Of a stretch of 64,000 bases of DNA, positions 27,683 through 38,549 are shown piece after piece. Position 1 is the stretch's first letter. The number at the start of each line of letters is the position of its first letter. Position numbers and translations under genes: made by a program. The stretch is from contig CM060733.1 in assembly GCA_030704615.1 (NCBI GenBank), positions 70,866,001 to 70,930,000 on the forward strand, given 5' to 3'. This DNA comes from Takakia lepidozioides (lineage: Eukaryota; Plantae; Bryophyta). Below the pieces are notes generated by a model. It made no database searches and had not been told where the DNA came from. It saw only the letters and a list, made by a program, of their open reading frames with translations.

Positions 27683-28089
27683 GAAGACTTACAGTTTGAT
27701 GAGGATGAAGAGGCTCCGGATGATGATGTTCAAGTTGATTAGACACAAAATCAAAGCTACATAACAATTCTCGCACCGAACTGGACCCATCCCTTCGATT
27801 GATTGTACATGTACATGCATATTGTACTTTATTTCTATGATTCATCAAATATGGCTGTGGCTGGTAGTCTTTCAAGAAAAAAGGCAGAGGCAATGAATAT
27901 GTTGGAGCAACACATACAAATGTGGTATCAAGAGAATTATCAAAATGAATGTCACAATCTACAAGAAGGTCCACAACAACAAGCTAAACCATAAAGAAAA
28001 ACAAACACCGATTCCAGTACCATATAAAAAAAAAAAAAAAAACTAAGAACCCCCAAAGGCCCTACCCTAAACCTAAACCTTGAAAGCCC

Positions 28090-28622
28090 TGCCGTCGCCT
28101 CCTACGACTCCCACGCGTCGCAGTTTGCGACGCGTTTTCTTGGATTTATGAGGCCGGGGGTCGCAAACGGTCACGGACAACCGTCGCAAACTGTGACATG
28201 TTTTTTTTTGTTTTGAAAGAGTAGGGCAACCGGGCAGTTTGCGACGCCCGGCCGTCACAGGGGCCTTTTGCCCTTCATGCTACCATGCGACGGCCGGGCG
28301 TCGCAAGAAAGGGTTGCGTTGAAAGAAATGGCAAGAAATGGTTTTTTTTTTTTTTTTTTTCTGGCGTGCGACGACCGGCCGTCGCCAGAAAGGGCTGTCT
28401 TTTGCCTTTCGCTGGGGGCGACGCTTAGGCGTCGCACGGAAGGGCTGCCATTTTCCCTTCATCACTCCGTGCGACGGCCAAGCGTCGCCGCCTGGCCCCA
28501 GCACCAGGTTTCACTCCCGCGGGGTTTGGCTGCGACGGCCCGGCGTCGCAAACACGCCCCGCGGGGTTGGCGTCGTACCCTCGGCGCCGCGCGGGGCGTG
28601 GGGGCGCGGCTGGCGTCGCAAA
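28090..28622. repeat. CACTA-type subterminal repeats GCGACG-N6-CGTCGC
   Basis: At least five inverted pairs (for example TGCGACGGCCGGGCGTCGCA and GCGACGCTTAGGCGTCGC) clustered just downstream of the transposase. Confidence 0.75.
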
Positions 28623-28794
28623 CCCCCCCCCCCCCCCCCCCATTTGCTGCATTGTGCCCCGCACATAGTGGTAGTGGTAGTGCTGCCCGGCACTAGTGGT
28701 AGTGGTGCCCCACCCATAGTGGTAGTGGTAGTGGCACCCCTCACTAGTGGTAGTGGTGGCCCGCACATAGTGGTAGTGGCAATGGCACCCCTCA

Positions 28795-29070
28795 CTAGTG
28801 GTAGTGCTGCCCCGCACATGAATCCCATGCCTCCCATGTCTCCTCCCTCAGGAGCAGGAGGTGGACCATCCGGCCTTGGAGCCGCGTACCACCTGAGCTG
28901 TGGCCATGGCTACGAGCCTCTGCTCTAGCTGCTGAAGCCAGTTGGCCATGCCTTGGTCACCACCCTGACCTCCACGTCCCTGGCCATGTTGAGCTTGCCC
29001 TTGGCCTGCACCTTGTGCCTGACCACCTCGTTCTCTCTAGGCTGCACCACCTCGCCCCCGGCCACCATTT
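28795..29070 (-). mobile_element. Gypsy gag fragment homologous to ~62500-62775
   Basis: Its reverse complement aligns with the gag at the window end. Both encode MGGMGFMCGAALPL. Confidence 0.9.
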
Positions 29071-29146
29071 CGAAGGTGGAGGTCGGGAACCAAAACTGTC
29101 GACTTAATGCATAATGGTAACTCCACGGAAATAGAAGGTGGAACGC

Positions 29147-29948
29147 TGTCGAGCGGCTTTTATTCACCCATCCCTTCACTATCCGTGGAGGGAACTCCAA
29201 GATAGAAGAGTTGGATATCTCTAAGCACTCAACCCGCTCAGAACAATCAGTCATGACCTACATCTAGTGTATCATAGTAGTGCTTCTTGTTTGTATTCCT
29301 TCTTGCCTTCATATCAGCAATCTACCAAGTTTTGATTGCCCAACCATTCATTCCACAACTTCACTCAGTTCTCTCTACATGGTGTGGGTAAGGAATGTGT
29401 ATCATATTAATCTCTGTTCAGTATCAGGCCGTAGCCATAGTGTATCTAATCTGTTCTACAGTACGATTCTACAGCTTGCATGAATCAAGCATCGATCCAA
29501 TCATCTTCCCATCTTCGCCGTGTTCTCCATCTTTGGTTCCGTTCCTGCTCTCCACTTCATCTCTTCCCCTCATGACCAAGAAGTGCTCCCCGAGAAGTGA
29601 TCCCCTTCATGTTGTTGCTCTGCCTAATCTACCTGCAAGCTGTTCTAACCGCCTAACTAACTAACTGTCACCCCTGAAGTAACACGTCCCCTCTGCAGAT
29701 ATTGTTCCCACACAGTCGTTCCCTGCTAATGATAACCGTTCCCTATGTACACTGCGACGAACTGTGCCAAACTGTGTCGGGCTGTGACTATGTTGAGCTG
29801 TGACTGGCTGTGTCGGACTGTGTCGGGCTGTGACTGGCTGTGTAAAGTTGTGTCGGGCTGTGTCGTGCCGGTCGGCTGTGACTGGCTGTGCGAAGCTGTG
29901 ATTGACTGTGACAGACTGTGTCGGGCTGTGTAAGGCTGTGTATGGCTG
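29147..29948 (-). repeat. Truncated LTR of family B (inverted homolog of 53066-54002)
   Basis: Begins TGTCGAGCGGCTTTT, the reverse complement of the 54002 end. Shares the 10-bp CACAGCC-type array. Cut near 29948. Confidence 0.88.
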
Positions 29949-31000
29949 TCAGGTGAGTTGTTGTAGTCGCCACCGACTAAAGCACCACCCTCAAAATTGG
30001 CAAGTCCATACGGCGATGTTAAGTGTTATGGTCGCCACCGACTATATCATCCCCAGTGAAAGCTGGACCCAAGCTAGACCTGTTGTGTCTATAACTACAT
30101 AGTTGAAAGCTACTTGTTCTTGAAATGGACACTGTTGAAGCGTGACTGTCTGTGAGGGAAGGAGTGTGCACATGGGCATAAGTTTAATATTTGGGCATTG
30201 CGGCTGGCATGTCATGGCAAGGGTCTTCACATCAATCAACAGAGTAGTAACCTGTTTCATTTGGATATTTGTGACCGGCAATTTATGACTTCAGCAGACT
30301 AGGCTCAGTACTCCAGCAATTCCAAACCAGGGGAATGTGAAGGGTTGGAGGATGGCAAGGATGTGAAGATCATGCAATTAAGAAGACTGAACATCCACAT
30401 CGGAGTAAAATTTTGTGCAACATTCACTTACACCCATATCATTGTACGATATTTTCCAAATGATTCAGCGCATCAGAGAAACCCCTTTGTGTTTACATTC
30501 AAAGAAAATCAAATGCAACTACGTAACATTCGGACTACCAGGGTTCTCACCATACTCCGACGCTATGTCCTGCAACACCCCAGAAACTACTGTTGCAGGG
30601 GAGGGACCCAGTAGCAAGTCAAGGCCAAGTCTTAAACTGATCTTTGGGCTAGGAGTCCTCTCCTCACCAACGATCTCATCAACATACTCTTCGTCGGAGC
30701 CTTCCTCGGTCGTTGGATCCTCGCTTTCCGATCCCTCTTCTGCAGAATTATCAAAATAGTTCCGTACCGTAGAAAATTGAGCAGCAGCCCTCACCAGCGT
30801 CCTCCCTCCCGGTATCCGTGGAAGACCCTGGAATCCCCATGATGGCCTTAGTGGGACGCTTTGCAATCTGCAAGGGCGGCTCGTAACTGTAATTACGACA
30901 TAACATATTAGATCAAATTTTGCATGAATGATGATTTGAGGAAATGGGAACATTCAGAACATGCTAACAATGAAGACACTTACATAGAAGTTGGACTTAC

Positions 31001-34000
31001 TCACTCCAGCGATGGTATGTGAATCTGAATGCCATCCCTTTTGTCGTTCAACCAGTCAGTGTCGGCAGCTGTGTTAGCGACAACGGTGGCCGCAGGTGCC
31101 TGCCGCTGCAATCCCCCTAGCCTCTCTTGCAGTAGCTCGTCGTCCCCTTCCAAGGCGAGTAGATGCCTTCCGCAAATTGTTGCAGCCACCATAGAGGACC
31201 CGCATCCCGCTGTCAGATCGACTACTGCTCCCCCTTCTGGTGAACACATCTCCATGAAGGTTTGCATGAACCTGGGGCTTTTCTCACGTGCCCCGCGGAA
31301 GAAGGTGTCATCTTGTCGTTTGTGGAGTCTATCCTCCCTGACCATGTTCCTGACCACATCCTCAGTGACGCTGTTGTGGTCGGTGTCAAGCTTTGCAGCT
31401 ATCTCCCGCAAGTTGAAATTGACGTCCATGCCCCTCAGTAGGCAAAATGCATAGAAAATCACAGTCTGCCATTACAAATTTGAGGAGGAACCCCGTCAGA
31501 TCGGTTGTAAGAGAAGAGGTACAACATTCTGTAAAGGTTATGTTTCAAGAAACTAATGGATTTTGTAGCTGCACAATTCTAAAATGAGTTGTGGTAGTCA
31601 TTACAGACTATAACGTCAAAACCACACAATTTTGGTTGATAGTCGACACTGACCATGATCCGAACAAATCCGACCAAATCGGTATCGACCAAATCCGACG
31701 ATCCGGCACTTCAATGACTAAGTAACAAGACACACCATTCTAATAGTCGGTGCCGACTATAAATATTAACGTGGGTGCACTGAGAAATAGTCGGTGCCGA
31801 CTATGCAAAGACAGTATGCGACCCGAGACATAGTCTGCACCGACTATATATCTATAGACAACCCATAACTAACACAATAGATATTTGACGACTATTAAAT
31901 ACATTTTTAAAATAATGTCGATGAAGATGTGGTACATGCGATGAAAAGTTGAAAGTGCTCATCAAACAATATAAGCAGTTTAGGCAGTTTGAACTTACTT
32001 GTGGCTGCCCTGGCTCTCCAGATTGAAGTGGTAGCCGATTGAGGCAAGTCCACATTCTCTTGATAACTTTGAAGGGCCCTGCCGGGCCCACACATCTCCG
32101 AATTTCCACCTCTGTCTTACCATCACCCCCACAGAAAATAACAAGGCAGTCGCCATCTTTGAGCAGGGATGCTGCCAATGCCAGTGCATGCGGGACGGTA
32201 TCCTTTGACTTTGCATTCCAAGCGGGCACAATGTCATCTATGCCACATCCTCTGGTAGACTGCCCATCTGGGAGATCCACCATTACAAGGTCTGCCCCCG
32301 CTTTAGGGACTGTGCCACCCCTACGCAATGGCTCGAGGGAGCGGTGCCTCTCCAGAAACTCGTCGATATCTCCCCTAGGCTCTGGCCACTTACTCGTTGT
32401 TCCTTTGGATGCAAGCCTGCGGATGACCAGCTGGAACCAATCGCACTTGAGGCATGCTACGTCTGTGCTTGGTACCCCTTCTCGCAAAGAGATAGCCTCG
32501 TAAAGCAGCACGGTTGAGAGCTGCATGCCCCTACCGTCACTTGTGTTTGCCCAAGCAGGGTTTCGAGAAGATCGATTCCTTCACTCAATCTGGAAGTTGT
32601 GTAGGGCGTCTGTAAACGCCAGTTGGTTGTCTACCTTCTGAGCACCATCTGTCTCATCCACACCCTCCACACCTTGATTGCCTGCAGGCCTTGTGCCGGG
32701 GGGGGGGGTGGGGGGGTGGGGGGGGTTGCTTGCCCTGTGGTGGGTGTCTTCTTCGGTTTCTGTTTCATTTTCCTTGGTTTCTTCTTGGTCACCGCTTCTT
32801 CCAAAGCTGTATTCACTTGTTGCAGGTGTACGGCAGCGACAACTGCAGCCTCCTCGGCACCCTCTTCCGTCAATGGCTCCATGTGAGTTGGTGCAGCCAG
32901 TTCATTCTTGGTGTACTTCTTATACGCTTCCAGTTCAACGTCAAAACTGATATCGAGGGGCAAATCCAGCCAACCAGTAGCAGGGCAGATGCGTGACTTT
33001 CACGTACTCGCCCAACTGCCTGCCGTTGTACATTGTGCAGTCTGATCGGAGGCTGGCCCACTGTGTGACACTGGCGGGAATACACCTAATATGTTTGTTG
33101 GTGAGCAAATAAAAGTTTATGTACCTGTTGCAGTGCACCAAAAGTCGACGTCAGGACAGACATTGGCCTGATTGTAATGAGAAGTGTAGGATATGAAAAC
33201 CGAACCTTTTTGTCTCTCACTAGATGCAGTAGTCGGCAGCGACTATGACACCAAATAGTTCGATGGCAGTGTCATAGTCGGTGGCGACTACGACTCCGAA
33301 CTGTGGGTTAGCTAGCCACCGAGCTGGGCAATACCGGAATGTGGGTGTACATTATACGGCATGGATTCGAAAGACCCACCACATAGTCGTTGCCGACTAT
33401 GGAATTGAGATAGTTTTAAATCTACGGGCTAAAGTCACGGCCTACTTGCAATAGTCGGCAGCGACTATGAACCCCTAAGGGGCAAAACCTGTGTCATAGT
33501 CGGTGGCAACTATGACCGGGCCAACTTTGGCTACAACAGGGCCGGCTTACTATAGTCGTTGCCAACTATACCCAATGGCTACCCTATATGGAATTGAGTT
33601 AGTTTTTAATTTGCAGACAGTAGTCACATAGTCGGTGGCGACTATGACCAGGCCAACTTTGGCTACGACAGGGCCGGCTTACTATAGTCCTTGTCGACTA
33701 TACCCAATGGCTACCCTATATGGAATTGAGTTCGTTTTTAATTTGCGGGCAGTAGTCACGGCCCACTTGCAATAGTCGGCAGTGACTATGAACCCCTAAG
33801 GGGCAAAACCTATGTCATAGTCGGTGGCGACTATGACCAGGCCAACTTTGGCTACGACAGGGCCGGCTTACTATAGTCCTTGCCGACTATACCCAATGGC
33901 TATCCTATACCCAATACCCTAACCGTTCTCGGGGTTACTACTCCCTATATATACTTCTGTAGCTGTCCGCGGGGGTTTCACAAACCCAATGGCTACCCTA

Positions 34001-36416
34001 TACCCAATGGCGCCTTCCTTTAGTCGTTGCCGACTATGAGTACAATGTCTGAGCCCAGTAGTCGGCGCCGACCACGAGCAACAACACTACTGCTGACTAC
34101 CGGAATGTTTGCCGACTACAACGAGCCTACAGATTCTTTTTCGACCGCTACTTCCCAGACCCAATTTGTTGTATGGCATATGCGAAGGGTGGGTGAATTG
34201 CATTGACAATTATGTACCTGTACAGGAGCCTGCGAGCTGGTAAAGTTCCACCAGGCTGCTCAGTAATTGGCCAACTGCGGGCAGGCCCATCATTCATCTC
34301 GCACCAGAATAGCTCCTTCCAGAACTTGAGCCAAAAATCATCCACCCAGACAGAGAGGGTCTTCAGAGTGGGAGCCTCTTCCTGGGTTGGCAGCTGCAGG
34401 AACCCTTTCTGAACCAACATGGCCAACTGCCGCTCTGCTTCCTCCTTTTGCTGCGAGTCCTCCACGTCAATTGTTAGAGATGAGAAATTGCAACAATAAC
34501 TGTAACATGCAGCCACCACCAGTATTGCAAACATCTTACCTGGAACCACCATGTTATTTTTTCGCACCACAAGCCAAACACTACATCTGTGGGAGCATGG
34601 GGGAATTTTCCATTTTTGCGGGTTGTGGAGTCAGAATTCCACAGCTTCAACCATAAAATCTTCTCCTTCGGGCTGACCTCGCTCGTGGTAAGCATCTGCA
34701 ACTTCTCGAGAGTCATTTCCGGCTTCTGATTGACGGCAAGAGACTTGTAATGCGTGGTTATCTAAAAAAGAAAGCCAGTTCCGAGTGCAGGATCGCAGAT
34801 GGAAGAATATTTTACGATTTTGGTGTATCACTTCGTCCTGTGCACCTGGAAATCGCTTGCCAGTTTCTTCTGGATGAGGTCGTTGTTCTCAGTGGTGGCA
34901 GGCAAGTGGGCATGGGCATCCAAGCAGGCGTTTCTAATTCTACGGAATCCCTCCTGACCCATATACTCTATTAGGGCGTCCCACGGCATTGTCATCCAGT
35001 TCCCATCCCGCTTGTTCAAGCACTTCTCGTAGACGTCCGTTGGAAGAGTTGATTGGTACTGCTCAACAGGTATAGTTGCGCACTTCTGGAAGTAGAATAG
35101 TTTGTGCAGAAGCTCGTTAGACACATTTCCATGATTTGTCACGCTGCAAAACGCATGGAACAAGACCTTCATGTGACCATGGACCATATTGAAATTCGTG
35201 AAAGAAAGTACTACCTACAAAACTCAGCAGGGATTTTAGGGTTTAGGGTGGGCTCCATGGTACAGTCGGCGCAGACCATACTTTAGCGAGGCGGTTGTCA
35301 ACGGAGGCGTTCTGGGCATCTTATCTGAACTGCCTCCCACCAGGCAATACTTCCGACTCCATCTCACACTACACGTCTAATTAATGAATTGGTCCACGAA
35401 GCACCCACTGGGACTGCTTATGCAAGACCTGCAACCCCATGCAAACGACATCCCTGAATTGCTAAACCCTATACCTATGCTCATGTGAGCAGAAGAGGAG
35501 ATAAAAACTCACACATTCATACGATTCATTGCACGCCGTATGAGGCCCAGATCGGAACTCTTCACATCCATAATCTTGGCGTTCACCCGGTAATGCCAAC
35601 TCGTGTCGTCTGCGTGCTGCTCGCGTATGACCTCCATCCAAGCATACCACCTGTGATTCCCGACGTAGATGTGCAGCCATTTGTTGGAGAGAAACTCCCA
35701 CTCTGTGTTCTTTATGTCTTCCTCAAATGCAGCATCCGCTGCCTGCCAATGTTCAGACCATGCATCCCGATCTCCTTGTTGGATTTCTTGGCTCTGTCCA
35801 CTGTCATCGTTGATGGAAAGTAGTAGTGATGCAAGTGCATCATTGTACCTGTCCGCCTCAAAAAACAACTTGAGCTAGTTGATGCATGGGCGCTTAACCA
35901 TGCGCACAGCCGGGGGGCTGCATCCTGCATAATGGTATCCTTGGCGGAGCACCATTCCGCAGCAAGTGCAAAATAGAACTCATTGTGTGGTTCATGGCAC
36001 TTGTAGTGAGTGAGAGTAGGGCTTGCTTCTGCATGTCGCCAGTCAAAACAACGTCCGCCAGCACAGTGTCTTGCACACTCGCAATATTTTGAACAGGTCC
36101 GGCTCCCTGTGCGCGTTGCTGGACCTGGCGATGCACCGCTTCAAAAAATGGGGGAGAGGGGAGGACGATCCATCGATGGTGTGGCCGCTGTAGACACCAA
36201 ACCGCCTTCCTGTGAAGTCGTTGATTTCTTACGAAGTTTCACTAATTTTCTGGGAGGTCTAGCACCCTTGCTGCTCTGTTGGGAGACCATCGTCCACCCG
36301 CGCAGTATACGTGTTTGCGTGGGCAGCACAAACTCCCCCTCTTTCTCCGCTTGAGGCTCCATGACGACAACGTTCCCCTGCTCAAAAATAGAAAGGGAAG
36401 CCGAAGAGTCGGGCAC
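31001..36416 (-). pseudogene. Multi-exon ParB-like domain plus beta-class N4-cytosine/N6-adenine DNA methyltransferase-like fusion gene
   Basis: ParB-like RIPLCRM..VR...IYVGNHRWYAW at ~35510-35945. Motif IV-like ADLVMVDLPDG and LLKDGDCLVIF in the exon ending at 31999. In-frame GT-AG splice to 31465, then REKSPRFM..SPEGGAVVDLTAGCGSSMVAA..GRHLLALEGD (motifs X-I-II). Stops and frameshifts are present. Confidence 0.72.
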
Positions 36417-38549
36417 TGCAGAGGAGAATCCGCATGACCGTATGCACTGCCGAACCCGGAAAAGGATGAGATCCCGTCCTACGCGGGCCGTAACGTATGC
36501 CTACGAAATTGAGGTAGTGCCACGCAGCCGGCTGCACGCCGTAACCGGACTATGTGCCACGTGGCCCGCGCCAAAATTCAAATAGCAATAACGGATGAAA
36601 AATCAAATCCCCCATCCATGGAAGCACGCCATCTGTTGTCATCCGATGTAGATGTTAAATGTGCGTCGAATTAACTCCATCCAAACCTACGTCAGGAATA
36701 TGAGATGGCTACCACATCCCCAAAATTGAGAAATAGCCTCATGCCGAGCCGCTAAACGACTCAGTCATTTCCGACACGTGGCCTGGACTCCATCCAAATA
36801 GTTTAGGATGAGAAATATAAGAGGAATGAATGGTAAAATTTATGTTGACTCGAACGCTGTCAATGTCAATATCCACGAATCTCTTCTGGGTGCAATGGGG
36901 GTCCGGGTTTGTAGAACGTCATCTTAAATGGTATAATCAACTTCTAATATCCGAACTCCATATCGGAACTTCATATCCCCGAATCTTAATATCCTCTGCA
37001 GGGTCGTGGAAGTTTCTGGAGGAGCAGAAATTATGAGTCAGAGAGCGCATATTCCGGATGTGAATGACTAAATCTATTTGCAAATTAAAGAGTCTCTGTC
37101 TTGAAATATGACGGATTTTGACATAGCCAATAATATCACCTCATTCACATGGTTTGTGGTATGGGAATGGAGGGACTGTGGGGAGGGGTTTTGGATCAGG
37201 GTTAGGTTGGGGAACTTGAGAGATTTGTCTCTCCGTTGTGGCTAGTTGGGTGGGAGATGCAGAGTGGTCCAGATGGCAGGGCATGCTCTTGTGGGTGGTA
37301 ATGTGGGAACATTGTGTGTGGCTTTAGAACCAGGCTAGTGAACTGAGGGCATGAAATGTGCATTGTAGAGTTGATGAAGCGGAATCTTCTTTAGGAATCG
37401 CATACCTCCGATAAACAGTGAGTATGCCAGCATCACGGGCTGAGTGTTCATGCTTTTGCTACACCTCCAGTGTGATTGAATTTTTTCCAACAGAGGATTT
37501 TTTCTCCCGTGTGTATGGCATGATGGTTTTGAGTGTTACATGGTTTGTCCATCTGTCTTGCATAAGTTGATTTGCTTGCCTGCCCTTCCAGTGTAATGGA
37601 TGCCTATGCCTATCCCTGAAGAGCTGAATTGGCAACCACACAATCGGGAAATGCCCTCCGCAAGAATTGGTCGGCGCCAACCATACACTATAATGCCTTT
37701 GAAGAGGATGTGTTCACTGTCTTTAACTCTGTAAATTTCTACGAATTTCAATAATTCCATAAGGTCGGTGCCGACTTGGATTTCATTGACTGCCTCTATG
37801 CGGCGCAATCCGCCACAACATGCGCCAATTTCCGTAGTCGGCGCCGACTACACCCTCACAATGCGGGAAATGCTTTTAATTTCATCCCAGAATCTTCCAA
37901 TATTTCAAATCGAATGTGCACATTGAATGAAAATTGAAGGTCGGTCCCGACTACAAGCTCATTTAAGCCAAAAAATCAATTGGAAGGCAAATTTGTGCGT
38001 TCGTAAGGAAGTCGGCAGCGATTAATGGAAAGCGCTTGCCGATTTAAACAATAGTCGTTGCCGACTATTCTGTTCGCAAGCCAATTTGCCAAAAAAGCCA
38101 CATGAAATGAACATCTTTAGCGACCTTGGCAGATTTGTTGGCCGACTTCAACAATAACTGGTATAGTCGCCAACGACTACTCCGATTCGTGTTCCAATTC
38201 TATGTAAATCTGCCTGATCCGTCGCCGGAATTTATTTCAACTGTATGAAGTCGGTACCGACTACGGAAGAAAACCTGTCCCACTAACTATTTCACAATGT
38301 TCATGACATTCAAATAGGCGTGGTCGGCAACGACAATAAGGCATCCCCTTGTCGCGTAGAACAAATTCAGATGAAGAGGAGGTTAATGGTTGTTTCGAAA
38401 TGGCCGTTGCCAGCTGAACGTGCCGCTGCCAGTTGTTGCGCAGACGGTTTTCATCCGACCTAAAATCCATTAAATATTCCTTTTGCACTTATTTCTTACC
38501 GTTTTTGATGTACAGTTCGTTAGGAAATCGTAAACTGCGTTGCATGCTT

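Noticed and set aside
28268-28928. Overlapping GC-rich ORFs
   Set aside because: They arise from subterminal repeats, homopolymers and the scrambled junction.
33230-34075. CRISPR-like array of palindromic repeats with spacers
   Set aside because: The repeats are only 16 bp, spacing is irregular, the spacers are themselves duplicated, there are no cas genes, and the context is a spliceosomal intron.
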